Positions 53,041 to 62,739 of a stretch of 64,000 nt of DNA are shown here, piece after piece (positions within the stretch are counted from its first letter, which is position 1; each line of letters opens with the position of its first letter). Source of the stretch: a virus; the IMG/VR virus record IMGVR_UViG_3300022226_000005, positions 3,140 to 67,139 of that record; one strand, written 5' to 3'. The notes beneath the pieces were generated by a model. It worked only from the letters and a program-made list of their open reading frames with translations, was not told the DNA's origin and made no database searches. Position numbers and translations under genes: made by a program.

Positions 53041-53529
53041 TTAGAACTCCACGAATGCTTGGAAGGCGATACCAACGAGAAAATAGCTGGCACGCACTTT
53101 GAAGTGTTTGTGTAGCGGTAGCGATACGGTTGGCATTGCGTATGGCATTATGTCAAGGCTGTATCCGGATACAATTCCGTAAGCTAGACCGAAGTCCATG
53201 CCAGCAGCGTTGGTGAAGAAGCGGTCGTTCAGTCCGTAGATGGTCCAGCTTTCTTCGTCGACGCTGTTTTGGTATTGCATAACACCAAGCCAGTCGCCGT
53301 CATCAGTGATTCTGAGCTCTATGACACGCCCTTTGTGGGTTTCATTCCACGGTGTTCCATCGCTACGTTCTCTATCGAAGTGGTAGCTGGTCGGCATCAC
53401 ACCGATGCGCAGATGTTGGGCCTGGGCTTGGCTGAAGAAGCCTATTGTGCCAAGTATAAATAGTATGACTAGAGCCGTTACTCCGATGCCTTGAGCTACT
53501 CTGAGCCAGAAGAATGTATAGCGATTCAT
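53041..53529 (-). CDS. Small outer-membrane beta-barrel, PagP-like
   Basis: Long signal segment ending AQA; SYH..WNE..G, YQNS, GLAYGIVSGY, alternating beta pattern; C-terminal Phe. Confidence 0.6.
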   Translation of the reverse strand: MNRYTFFWLRVAQGIGVTALVILFILGTIGFFSQAQAQHLRIGVMPTSYHFDRERSDGTPWNETHKGRVIELRITDDGDWLGVMQYQNSVDEESWTIYGLNDRFFTNAAGMDFGLAYGIVSGYSLDIMPYAMPTVSLPLHKHFKVRASYFLVGIAFQAFVEF

Positions 53530-53595
53530 GATTTTACTCCTTAGTGCAGGTGAACGGTGGTGAACGGTGTTTCCTGCGGTGAAACATCAGTTGTG

Positions 53596-53625
53596 TCAGA
53601 CTGTTGCATAAATACAACAGTCTGA
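53596..53625. promoter_or_regulatory. Perfect 11-bp inverted repeat in early leader
   Basis: TCAGACTGTTG-CATAAATA-CAACAGTCTGA. Confidence 0.7.
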
Positions 53626-53637
53626 GTAGGTATGTGA

Positions 53638-53826
53638 TTAGTATGCTCCTAGCACCGCCAGCACGAACGTCGCACTGCGCACGAGGAACAACGCACCTAG
53701 CACGAGGCACACTGTAATGAGCACACGGTTGATAGTGATGAGTGGCTTAGTACTTGGTACTGAGTGCGTGATACCACGTAGCTCGTGCTGTGTGGGTTGT
53801 ATGTTACGCCATTGCTTGATAGTCAT
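53638..53826 (-). CDS. First early-arm ORF, small membrane protein
   Basis: AGGAG SD; C-terminal hydrophobic helix. Confidence 0.55.
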   Translation of the reverse strand: MTIKQWRNIQPTQHELRGITHSVPSTKPLITINRVLITVCLVLGALFLVRSATFVLAVLGAY

Positions 53827-53829
53827 AGT

Positions 53830-54263
53830 GTGTATCTCCTGTTGAGTTCATAGTAATGACCAGTGCGTCGCGCAGTGACGCTGTACTTCGTACTATGTAC
53901 ACAGCACGTTGTCAGGAATCTTTGGGGCCCCATATTGGCGTTGCACTTTGTACGTCGTGCTGTGTGACTTCGAACCGGTCGGGGAGTGCAAAGTTGGCGA
54001 CGGGGGTATGTGGAATGGAGACGACCATAATGCTAATTTTCGCCGAAAAAATTTTTTTCAGAAATTGCTTGCTAAATTTATTTTTTCTGTGCGCATGCGG
54101 AGAGTAGTGTATACTCCCCGCATGCAGCACCGCGCACCTCGCACTTCGCACCACCCAAAACGCCCGTGGACAGCCTACTACCGCCTGTATCGCGCGAGGA
54201 TGTTTCTGGGAGGTGCGAAGTACAAAGTGGCAGCCCCGCAGCCCATCAGGCAATAATGCGACT
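53830..54263. other. Divergent non-coding region, candidate genome end or pac region
   Basis: Lies between early arm and terS; A/T tracts 54045-54087; hairpin 54093-54125; heptamer repeats. Confidence 0.5.
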
Positions 54264-54764
54264 ATGAAAGAGCTGGTAGTCAAAAAAGATTTAGAGAGCA
54301 TGCTATCGGAACTTACCCCGATGCAGAAACTTTACACAGAGGCGCGGCTTCACGGTCTTTCGCCCCTTGATTCCGCTAAGGCGGCAGGATTTAAGCACCC
54401 ATCGATACAATGCCACGCATACGAGAAGCATCCCCGGATTGCTCCGATAGTTTCTATGGCGAGTGCGAGGTCTATGGAGCGCTATCAGCTCTCACGAGAT
54501 CATGTGATCGAGGGGTTCATGGATGCAGTAGCAGCTGCTGGTTCGAGCACAGAACTTACAGCCGCCTGGCGCGAAATTGGGAAGATGTTAGGGCATTACG
54601 CTCCGGAGCTCCACGAGCACAGAGTAAGTGTCGAGAATATGACACTGAACAAGCTGGAGACAATGTCGGACAGGGACTTGGCGGAGCTCGCCGAAATGGA
54701 CGAATTTACATTACCCCGCGACCACGAGCTAGTCGCGAACTACAAGGTACTTGACGAGGAATGA
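54264..54764 (+). CDS. terS: Terminase small subunit
   Basis: LTPMQKLY, AKAAGF HTH-like start, AWREIGKMLGHY; upstream of terL. Confidence 0.85.
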   Translation: MKELVVKKDLESMLSELTPMQKLYTEARLHGLSPLDSAKAAGFKHPSIQCHAYEKHPRIAPIVSMASARSMERYQLSRDHVIEGFMDAVAAAGSSTELTAAWREIGKMLGHYAPELHEHRVSVENMTLNKLETMSDRDLAELAEMDEFTLPRDHELVANYKVLDEE

Positions 54765-55021
54765 CGCTACAAGACATAGCGCTGGTCATTGGCATAACGC
54801 TGCCCATTATGGGTGGCGCTGGCACCGGTGCGAAGCTCTATGGGGACAGGTACATCTGGGTGGCCAGCGACACGTACAACCAGACAGAACTACGAAAACT
54901 GCAGCGCGAGAAGCGGCTGCTTGAGTTTGATAAGGAAAATGGTACAATCACGCCACGTGGCGAGTTGGAGCTGCGGGAACTCAAGGACCTGGAGAAGCAA
55001 CTTTTACTACAGATGCAGTGA
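54761..55021 (+). CDS. Membrane-anchored coiled-coil protein
   Basis: N-terminal hydrophobic helix, ATGA overlap. Confidence 0.6.
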   Translation: MTLQDIALVIGITLPIMGGAGTGAKLYGDRYIWVASDTYNQTELRKLQREKRLLEFDKENGTITPRGELELRELKDLEKQLLLQMQ

Positions 55022-55194
55022 ACATGCACATAACTATTGTACCGCCTTCGAACAAACCTGCAGTCGTCGAGGTCGAGGATATTGAATACTGGCACGTTGA
55101 GGAAGGGGCCCTCCGCGTCCTGCTGAAAAACGGCCACGAAAGGTATTACCCGCTGTCGAACATAGGGTACGTCGAAGTACATGATGACACCTAA
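55018..55194 (+). CDS. Small hypothetical protein (below ORF-track cut-off)
   Basis: My translation: (V)NMHITIVPPSNKPAVVEVEDIEYWHVEEGALRVLLKNGHERYYPLSNIGYVEVHDDT; GTGA overlap. Confidence 0.55.
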   Translation: MNMHITIVPPSNKPAVVEVEDIEYWHVEEGALRVLLKNGHERYYPLSNIGYVEVHDDT

Positions 55195-55423
55195 GCAGTA
55201 CCATGAAGAACACCAAGCACCAGTCCCGGATGGACCGCCACGCGTCCCGTCAACTTCGCGCTCGCGGCCTAAACCATATAAGATACGCACGCGGTGGACA
55301 TTATTTGATAAACATGCCCCTTGGGTCACCTACAAAAGGTACTTCACTAAAGCAGCCCGCGACCGGGCTCTTGCACTTTTGCAGCGCAAAGAATCGTACC
55401 GGCGGACCATTGAGTACAAATGA
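55181..55423 (+). CDS. Small basic hypothetical protein
   Basis: Overlaps both neighbours in operon fashion. Confidence 0.55.
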   Translation: MMTPKQYHEEHQAPVPDGPPRVPSTSRSRPKPYKIRTRWTLFDKHAPWVTYKRYFTKAARDRALALLQRKESYRRTIEYK

Positions 55424-57228
55424 GTGAACTCGTCTGTTCGGATTGTGGGTATACTACTGCGGATAAAAGTCGCTTTGGTTTTGCTACTGGCGTTTGCATT
55501 CCGTGCAAAGCAAAGCGTGATTCTTTGGCACTCAAGGAAAAAGCAAAGAAGCGCAAGGCTGAGAAAGATGATCGAGATGCACGAAAGGCAGTCCGCGTTC
55601 AGGAGGCCGCAGCCAAACGTGCACGCCGGGTGGCCAAGCGTAAAGCAGAGAAGCAAGCCGCCATCGATGCTGCAAAGGCTGAGCGTGCCGCCCAGCGCCA
55701 GGTCAAAGCGTCTAACCACCGAATTAATGTTGCTAAAAGAGAGCTGGCAATCCGCCACCTCTCTCGACATCATCTACTACCATTCGTGCTTAGAATGGAA
55801 CCGGCGGACTATCTTCCGGGATGGGTGCATAAAGATATATGTCAACGTCTGGAGCAGTTTGAGCGGGATATCCTTGACAAAAAGTCTCCACGCCTTATGC
55901 TGCAGATGCCACCTCGCCACGGGAAATCTCAGCTCGCGTCTGTCAACTTTCCTGCTTGGTACCTCGGACGAAACCCTAAGCACGAAGTAATAAGTGCGAC
56001 GTACGCGGGGTCTCTCGCCAAGGACTTTTCCAAGAAGGTAAGGGGGCTAATGCGCGAACCGAGGTATAAACATGTATTCCCGAAGTGCACTCTTAATAAG
56101 GACTCACAAAACATTGACGGATGGAACACCACTGTCGGCGGCAGCTATGTACCTGCGGGCGTTGATGGTGGCATCACTGGTAAGGGAGCCCATTGTCTCA
56201 TCATCGACGACCCTGTCAAAAACGCTGAGGAAGCTGAGTCAGCCACACAACGCGCGAGCGTACAAGCGTGGTATAGCTCTACGGCGTATACACGGCTTGC
56301 TCCCGGCGGAGGAGTCCTCATCATTCAAACCCGCTGGCACGACGACGACCTGAGTGGCTGGCTTGAAAACAAAATGCACGCCGGGGACGGCGAAGAATGG
56401 GAGATCGTCCGGTACCCCGCTGTCGCACTTAAAGACGAGAAATACAGGAAGACGGGCGAGGCGCTCCATCCTGAGCGTTATGACATTGCCGCACTTGCCC
56501 GCATTGAACGTGCCGTTGGTCCGAGGGTATGGGATGCTCTCTACCAGCAGCATCCGGTTGCTGAGGACGGAACGTACTTCACTAAGGACATGATGCACTA
56601 CTATACGGGCAGCCCACCGGCCCGTATGCATTACTATGCAGCTTGGGACTTTGCGATAGGAAAACTCGACCGTAACGACTATACTGTCGGTATCACGGTT
56701 GGCGTTGACATGGAAGACAACATTTGGGTTGTCGATTGCCGCAGAGGCCGATGGGACGCGTTCGAGATCGCAGAGGAAGTGGTCTCTATGCATAAAGAAC
56801 ACTCAGCTATGGTGACCGGCGTCGAGCGCGGCCAGCTGAGTATGGCTATTGGCCCATATCTTGACAAGCGCATTTCAGAAGAGCGCGCGTGGGATTTAGC
56901 GCTAAAGGATTTGCCGCCGGGGAAAAGAGATAAAGAGTCACGTGCCCGCGTAATACAGGGGCGCATGAGACAAGGCAGAGTGTTCTTTCCTAAGAACGCG
57001 CTCTGGATGACTGAAATGAAAGAGGAGCTGATGAAGTTTCCTCTGGGGCAACACGACGACATGGTCGACGCGCTTGCCTATATAGGATTGCTCTTACAAG
57101 ACATGACGCCTCCACAGGAGTTGAAAGACCCAGACCCGTACGCTAAGGGTTGGAGGAAGCGCCTTAAGACACAACTGACTGTACCGCGTGGCGGGATCGC
57201 GCACGGTGGAGCCTGGATGAGACGATAA
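55420..57228 (+). CDS. terL: Terminase large subunit
   Basis: MPPRHGKS, LIIDDPVK, QTRWHDDDL, AWDFA, DYTV, HDDMVDALAY. Confidence 0.97.
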   Translation: MSELVCSDCGYTTADKSRFGFATGVCIPCKAKRDSLALKEKAKKRKAEKDDRDARKAVRVQEAAAKRARRVAKRKAEKQAAIDAAKAERAAQRQVKASNHRINVAKRELAIRHLSRHHLLPFVLRMEPADYLPGWVHKDICQRLEQFERDILDKKSPRLMLQMPPRHGKSQLASVNFPAWYLGRNPKHEVISATYAGSLAKDFSKKVRGLMREPRYKHVFPKCTLNKDSQNIDGWNTTVGGSYVPAGVDGGITGKGAHCLIIDDPVKNAEEAESATQRASVQAWYSSTAYTRLAPGGGVLIIQTRWHDDDLSGWLENKMHAGDGEEWEIVRYPAVALKDEKYRKTGEALHPERYDIAALARIERAVGPRVWDALYQQHPVAEDGTYFTKDMMHYYTGSPPARMHYYAAWDFAIGKLDRNDYTVGITVGVDMEDNIWVVDCRRGRWDAFEIAEEVVSMHKEHSAMVTGVERGQLSMAIGPYLDKRISEERAWDLALKDLPPGKRDKESRARVIQGRMRQGRVFFPKNALWMTEMKEELMKFPLGQHDDMVDALAYIGLLLQDMTPPQELKDPDPYAKGWRKRLKTQLTVPRGGIAHGGAWMRR

Positions 57229-57560
57229 TGAAAGTTAAAAGCGTAACAATTGAGACAGACAAAGGCGACGAGATCACTATGGGCCTTGACGAAGTTGAAG
57301 ACTTCATGAAAGCTATGCGTAGGTTGAAGAAGTCGTGTGAACCAGAACGTCCCGCGCCCGAGCCCGAGCCTGACCCAAACATGAGCTTGCTTCTTGAAGC
57401 GCTTCGAAAGGAAGCCCAGCGCTCGATGCTGCTGGAAGACCAAGTGAAGCAGATGCCCCCTTACCCCCCAAACACAACCCCGTTTTGGAACGGCAGCGGC
57501 ACGCACATACTTGACACTACTTATAGTCGGCCACCAGTAATTTCGAGCTCCGGGAAATGA
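57228..57560 (+). CDS. Hypothetical protein
   Basis: Packed ORF with Pro/Glu linker. Confidence 0.55.
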   Translation: MKVKSVTIETDKGDEITMGLDEVEDFMKAMRRLKKSCEPERPAPEPEPDPNMSLLLEALRKEAQRSMLLEDQVKQMPPYPPNTTPFWNGSGTHILDTTYSRPPVISSSGK

Positions 57561-57808
57561 GCCTGCAGCAACGCAGAGGCCGGTTTAAAATGCACGAGGA
57601 CGTTGTGTTTAGCAACGACCCGATAGTCGACGCGTTTTTTCGCCAAGTGCGGATTTACAGCGCCGACAAAAAAGACGATGTTGTCTACTACAAAGGAGTG
57701 TCCATAGTCTTCGAAGAGATCTTGGACGATGAAGTAGAGCCGTCCTACGATTTATACGTGGAATCTGGCATGCTGTATGCCGAGCGTAACGACTTTCAGG
57801 AAACATAA
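57557..57808 (+). CDS. Hypothetical protein
   Basis: Packed ORF. Confidence 0.5.
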   Translation: MSLQQRRGRFKMHEDVVFSNDPIVDAFFRQVRIYSADKKDDVVYYKGVSIVFEEILDDEVEPSYDLYVESGMLYAERNDFQET

Positions 57809-59970
57809 TGCCGGGTCAAGATTTGGGTGTTGCGGATAAAGCCGCAAAAGAAAACTGGAATTCATACCAACGGGCCAAGGATGCAGGCCACGATGTGTAC
57901 GTCACCCAGGCAAAAAAGTGTGATCGATTCTACCAAGGCGGGGGCCAGCAGTGGGAAGCTGCTGACCGATCTTACCTTGAGTCCCTAGGAAAACCGGTCC
58001 TCGAAATCAACTTAATCCTCAGCACCGTGAACGCGCTGCTAGGCGAGCAGTCGTCTCAGCGCGTGGACATCGTGTACAAACCGAAGAAGAAGGCAGCCAA
58101 TGAAACAGCAGAGGCCCTCACTGCAGTGGCGATGTCGATACAGGACGACAATCGGTTCGACTGGGTCGAAAGTCAAGTATTCGCCGACGGCGTCATTCAA
58201 GATCGCGGATTCTATGACATACGGATTGATTTCGAGAAGGATATCACGGGAGAAGTTCGTATCACCGCAGAAGATCCTATTAACATCATGCTCGATCCTG
58301 ACGCGAAGGAGTACAACCCAGCGACGTGGAACGAAGTAATTAAAACCAAGTGGATGACGCTTGATGAAGTCGAGGAGCAGTATGGCCCGGATAAGCGCAA
58401 GAGAGTCGAATCGTTTGTTAATACCAGCAATACCTTCGGATCGGACTCGGTACTCCTTGAGGAAGAAACTTTTGGCCAGTCGCAACAGTGGTTCGGCGAA
58501 TGGCAGCAACACGACGACTCGCGGGACATCCGCAAAGTCCGTATTATCGAAAGACAATACAAGCGCTTGGGCACTCAGCGCGTATGGATCGACAACGAAA
58601 CGGGTGATATCTCAGAAATCCCCGAAATGGTCACAGATCTCCGTGCAGCCGAGATCGCTGAGGAACAAAATCTCAGTGTATCGACCCGACGGAAAAGACG
58701 AATTCGCTGGTGCGTCAGCTGCGATGGCGTTGCTATCCTTGACGAGTGGTCGATCTATCGTTCTTTTACAATCGTCCCGTACTTTCCGTACTGGAGACGG
58801 GGCAAGCCGTTCGGAGTGGTTCGAAATCTCCTGTCCCCGCAGGAACAGCTGAACAAGATCGAGAGCCAAGAGCTCCACATAGTTAACACTACCAGCAACA
58901 GCGGCTATACGCTAGAAGCTGGAACACTCGTCAACATGACGGAGGAAGATCTTGAAGCTAGAGGCGCAGAGACAGGGCTTGTACTCGTTCACGCGAGAGG
59001 GTCGAACCCGCCCCAGAAAATTAAGCCGAATCCGGTTCCGTCAGGAATTGATCGCATGTCTGCGAAATCGGCCGCCGCTATCCGCGAGATATCTGGCGTA
59101 CGTGAAGAAATGCTCGGGGCTACCAACCCCGAAATAAGCGGTGTCGCTATGCGCGAAGGCCGCAAAGGCGGCTTGGTTCAGATGCAAGTACCGTTCGACA
59201 ACTTGGCCCGTTCGCGCCACCTCGTCGCTCAAAAGATGTTGGAGCTGGTCCAGGACTTCTACACCGAGACTCGCGTGTTCAAAGTGGTTGACTATCACGA
59301 CCCCGACATGAAAGAGAAGGAAGTAGGCATAAACGTCCCGATGGATGACGGCAGCTTTCTGAACGACATAACGCTGGGCGAATACAGCATTACCATCAGC
59401 ACTGCCCCGGCTCGCGACTCGATGGAAGAGACACAGTTCGCCGAAGCCATATCGCTGCGCGAAGCAGGTGTGGCAATACCAGACGACATCGTCATTGAGA
59501 ACAGCAGCCTCCAGCGCAAGCACGAAATTGCGAAACGCGTCCGAGAGATGCAGGGTATGGGCGAACTTACCGAAGAGCAGATTGCAATGCAGCAGCTCCA
59601 AGTCCAGATGTCCATCAGAAATGCGGAGTTGCAACTATCCGAACTTGAGGCTAGAATTGGCAAGCTGCACGCCGAAGCGGCCCTTGCGCAACAGAAAGCA
59701 CACAGCGAAGGACGCACAGGCGAAGAGTTCCAGATGGAATACCAGCTTAAGATCGCCGAGCTTAAGGGGCAACTGGCCTCGAAAGCTGCGGACCTGCAGA
59801 CTAGTTTGGAGTTGGCCGGTATACACACTAAGGCCAACCTGCAGCAAACCATGTTCCAATCCCTCACTAAACGTACTGAGGGCGAACTCGCAAACAGGAC
59901 CGCGCTGCAAGTAGCCGGTTTGAACGCACGGGCTAAATCGCTGCCCGCCCCTAAAGCGAAAACCAAGTAA
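57808..59970 (+). CDS. Portal protein (P22-like)
   Basis: FYQG..QW, P.LEINLI, G...NL.SPQ..LNK, ISG...EMLG..SG.A, C-terminal coiled coil. Confidence 0.93.
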   Translation: MPGQDLGVADKAAKENWNSYQRAKDAGHDVYVTQAKKCDRFYQGGGQQWEAADRSYLESLGKPVLEINLILSTVNALLGEQSSQRVDIVYKPKKKAANETAEALTAVAMSIQDDNRFDWVESQVFADGVIQDRGFYDIRIDFEKDITGEVRITAEDPINIMLDPDAKEYNPATWNEVIKTKWMTLDEVEEQYGPDKRKRVESFVNTSNTFGSDSVLLEEETFGQSQQWFGEWQQHDDSRDIRKVRIIERQYKRLGTQRVWIDNETGDISEIPEMVTDLRAAEIAEEQNLSVSTRRKRRIRWCVSCDGVAILDEWSIYRSFTIVPYFPYWRRGKPFGVVRNLLSPQEQLNKIESQELHIVNTTSNSGYTLEAGTLVNMTEEDLEARGAETGLVLVHARGSNPPQKIKPNPVPSGIDRMSAKSAAAIREISGVREEMLGATNPEISGVAMREGRKGGLVQMQVPFDNLARSRHLVAQKMLELVQDFYTETRVFKVVDYHDPDMKEKEVGINVPMDDGSFLNDITLGEYSITISTAPARDSMEETQFAEAISLREAGVAIPDDIVIENSSLQRKHEIAKRVREMQGMGELTEEQIAMQQLQVQMSIRNAELQLSELEARIGKLHAEAALAQQKAHSEGRTGEEFQMEYQLKIAELKGQLASKAADLQTSLELAGIHTKANLQQTMFQSLTKRTEGELANRTALQVAGLNARAKSLPAPKAKTK

Positions 59971-59982
59971 CGAGGCCCACAA

Positions 59983-61008
59983 ATGGCAAAGAAAGGTGCA
60001 CTAGATGCAGCGCCCGAAGACGACAAGGAAGTTGTTGGCGAAGACACTATATTCGCAGGAGCGGATACATTCGAGCATGACGACGACGAAGACCTGTCCA
60101 CCGCCGATCGTGGCGACGACCCCTCCCTTGATGGACGAATCGCCGTCGAAGAAGACGACGCCATGGAAGAAGAAGAAGTTGTCGTGGCGAAGGCAGCTGA
60201 CGCTGAGCCTGAGGGTGAGGACGACGATCCCGCCGAACTTGATGCTGTCACGGCAGATGATGACGCCGAACCCGACGACACCGCCGTCTCAAACTATGTG
60301 TCCAAAGACAGGTTCAACGCCGTCAACGAGCGGATGAAGTTGGCCGAGCAGGCGCTGAAAGAAAAAGAAGCCGCCCTCGCCCAAGAAGCACCCGAACCTG
60401 AGCCCGCGTTTGACTTCGACGCGAAAGAAGTCGAGTACATGGAGCTGGTCACCGACGGCGAGTTTGACAAGGCGAAAGCAGTACGCAAAGAGATCCGCGC
60501 AGCAGAACGCGCTGAGCTCGAAGCCGACGTAGCCGCCAAAGCTGACAACACCACCGCCCGCGTTAACGAGCAGATTGCCTTTAACAACAAGATCCAGGAG
60601 CTAAACGAGGAATTCGATGCTTTCAATCCTAAAAACGAAGCGTACGACCAAGTGCTGGTCGACGAAGCTGTGGATCGCCGCGATTTGTTTGTTGCTCGCG
60701 GTATGTCCTTGGCGGACGCACTCGACCGCGCCGCCCGAGAAGTCGCAAAGCTTTACGACTTATCGAGCAATTTCGAAGCAGCCGCCGACGCGGAACTCGC
60801 CAGGATTCAAGCCGAAGAAAAGGGCAAGCCGCTGCCGAAAAAGAAAATCGACGTGAAGAAGAAGGTGGCCCTAGCGAAAGCGCAACCGCCCATTATGGAC
60901 GAAGGCAGCCCGCAAGAAGAGTCGAAAACCGCCCTCACCATGACCGAAGCGGAGTTCGACGCCTTACCGGAAGCCACGAAAGCCCGCATGCGCGGCGACA
61001 TTGTTTAG
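59983..61008 (+). CDS. Scaffolding protein
   Basis: Very acidic, VSKDRFNAVN, ends EFDALPEATKARMRG; between portal and capsid genes. Confidence 0.85.
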   Translation: MAKKGALDAAPEDDKEVVGEDTIFAGADTFEHDDDEDLSTADRGDDPSLDGRIAVEEDDAMEEEEVVVAKAADAEPEGEDDDPAELDAVTADDDAEPDDTAVSNYVSKDRFNAVNERMKLAEQALKEKEAALAQEAPEPEPAFDFDAKEVEYMELVTDGEFDKAKAVRKEIRAAERAELEADVAAKADNTTARVNEQIAFNNKIQELNEEFDAFNPKNEAYDQVLVDEAVDRRDLFVARGMSLADALDRAAREVAKLYDLSSNFEAAADAELARIQAEEKGKPLPKKKIDVKKKVALAKAQPPIMDEGSPQEESKTALTMTEAEFDALPEATKARMRGDIV

Positions 61009-61031
61009 CCTGAAACGGGCTTATTTAAAAC

Positions 61032-61056
61032 AGCCCCCTTCATGGGGGCTTTATAC
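61032..61056 (+). terminator. Hairpin after scaffold gene
   Basis: AGCCCCC-TTCAT-GGGGGCT then TTATACTTT. Confidence 0.5.
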
Positions 61057-61162
61057 TTTGTACACTTCGTCAGCATTGGAAGGTTGACGGTAATAAATTC
61101 AATTCCCGCATAATGGCAGCGAAAGCCTCTTACTTTTTTTATAAACTAGGAGTATACGAAGA

Positions 61163-62263
61163 ATGGCTACAACCAATTTTTCGCTGCTGACTGATGAGCA
61201 AAAGACCGTATGGTCCCGCGACATTTGGAAGGCGGCTCGTAACTACTCGTTCATGAACAACTTCACTGGTTCTGGCCCCAACGCCATGATCCAGCGTATC
61301 ACGGAGTTGACCAAGACCGAGAAAGGTGACCGTGCGGTCATCACTCTCGTGGCCGATCTGGAATCAGACGGTATCGCGGGAGATAACCAACTGGAAGGCA
61401 ACGAAGAGAGCATCAAGGCATACGACGAGGTCATCACCATTGACCAGCTGCGTAACGCCAACCGCTCGAAAGGTCGCATGTCTGACCAGCGCTCAATCGT
61501 GAAATTTCGCGAAAACTCTCGCGACGTACTGGCCTACTGGCTGGCCGACCGCTTGGACCAAATGGCTTTCCTGACCATGTCAGGCGTATCCTACGCGTTC
61601 AAGAACAACGGCGGTGCCGCACGTCCTGCAGGATCACAACTGCAGAACCTGGCCTTCGCAGCTTCCGTTACCGCGCCAAGCGCCAACCGCCACTACCAGT
61701 GGGACGAAGGTACCAAGACTTTGGTCGCCTCCGCTCCTGGTTCGCTGGTCGCTGGTGCAATCGGTACCGGCGACTACGCGTCGTACGCGATGCTGGTCGA
61801 AGCCAAAGCCATTGCCAAAGAAAGCTACATTCGTGGCATTCGCGGCCCAGGTGGCGACGAGATGTATCACGTGTTTATGACGCCGACCGGGATGGCCAAG
61901 CTCAAGCTTGACACTGACTTCCTGGCCAACGTACGTAACGCAGGCCCGCGCTCCAAGAGCAACGTCCTGTTCAGCGGATCTATCCCGACCATCGACGGTT
62001 TGGTGATCCACGAGTATCGTCACGTTTACCGTAACGATGCCGACTGGAACGTACCTGGACAACGCATCATCTTTGCGGGTGCACAAGCGCTGGGCATGGC
62101 TGACCTCGGCATGCCTTACTGGGACGAGATCGACAAGGACTACAAAAACCAACAAGGCATCGCCGTTGGCAAAATTTGCGGTCTTTTGAAGCCTCAATTC
62201 CCGTCACAAGTGTCTGCGACCACCGAGGACTTCGGTCTGATGGTCATCGACACGGCTATCTAA
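61163..62263 (+). CDS. Major capsid protein (N4-gp56/DUF4043-like)
   Basis: ITELTKTEKGDRAVITL, GDNQLEGNEE, IDQLR, AQAL; strongly biased codons; AGGAG SD. Confidence 0.93.
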   Translation: MATTNFSLLTDEQKTVWSRDIWKAARNYSFMNNFTGSGPNAMIQRITELTKTEKGDRAVITLVADLESDGIAGDNQLEGNEESIKAYDEVITIDQLRNANRSKGRMSDQRSIVKFRENSRDVLAYWLADRLDQMAFLTMSGVSYAFKNNGGAARPAGSQLQNLAFAASVTAPSANRHYQWDEGTKTLVASAPGSLVAGAIGTGDYASYAMLVEAKAIAKESYIRGIRGPGGDEMYHVFMTPTGMAKLKLDTDFLANVRNAGPRSKSNVLFSGSIPTIDGLVIHEYRHVYRNDADWNVPGQRIIFAGAQALGMADLGMPYWDEIDKDYKNQQGIAVGKICGLLKPQFPSQVSATTEDFGLMVIDTAI

Positions 62264-62275
62264 GGAGAACTGAAA

Positions 62276-62668
62276 ATGGCTATTACACTCAAAAGCAATC
62301 GTCAGTACCCCCTGGTAGCAGTTGCCGACTTCGCCTTTGTCGGCTCGGCCCTTGTCTCTGGCATCGCACAGAACGCAGTTGAAGTACCGGCTGGCAGCAC
62401 CATCACCGCTGTCGCCGTCGTCATCGACACTGTATTCGACAGCGTTACCTCTGACGTTATCGACGTAACCGGCGGCGGTACTACCGCTGCTGCCGTCAAC
62501 GCTCAAGCGACGGGTTACACCGCAGGTACCGTCGACGGCTCTGTTAACGCAGCTACTACCTACGTTACCGTAGAGTGGACCGGCGTTGGCGGGTCTACTT
62601 CGGCGGGCGCAGGCCGACTGATCGTCGAGTACGTTATCGACGAGCGCGACAACGAAAACCAGGGCTAA
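62276..62668 (+). CDS. Probable capsid decoration/minor head protein
   Basis: Beta-rich, directly after MCP, AAGGAG SD, same codon bias. Confidence 0.65.
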   Translation: MAITLKSNRQYPLVAVADFAFVGSALVSGIAQNAVEVPAGSTITAVAVVIDTVFDSVTSDVIDVTGGGTTAAAVNAQATGYTAGTVDGSVNAATTYVTVEWTGVGGSTSAGAGRLIVEYVIDERDNENQG

Positions 62669-62684
62669 CGGCCCCTTGTAGTAC

Positions 62685-62723
62685 AGGCCCCCATGCTGTA
62701 AAGTGTGGGGGCCTATTTCTTTT
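62685..62723 (+). terminator. Intrinsic terminator after head genes
   Basis: AGGCCCCCAT...GTGGGGGCCT followed by ATTTCTTTT. Confidence 0.8.
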
Positions 62724-62739
62724 AACCGGAGTACCTTAA

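Noticed and set aside
54761-55021. Possible spanin
   Set aside because: No lipoprotein partner with a lipobox nearby, and far from the lysis cassette
59295-60281. 328-aa minus-strand ORF
   Set aside because: Ser-rich antisense shadow of the portal and scaffold genes, caused by their biased codons
61084-61114. Sigma70 promoter TTGACG...CATAAT before the capsid gene
   Set aside because: 19-nt spacing and the -35 lies inside a hairpin; too weak to call
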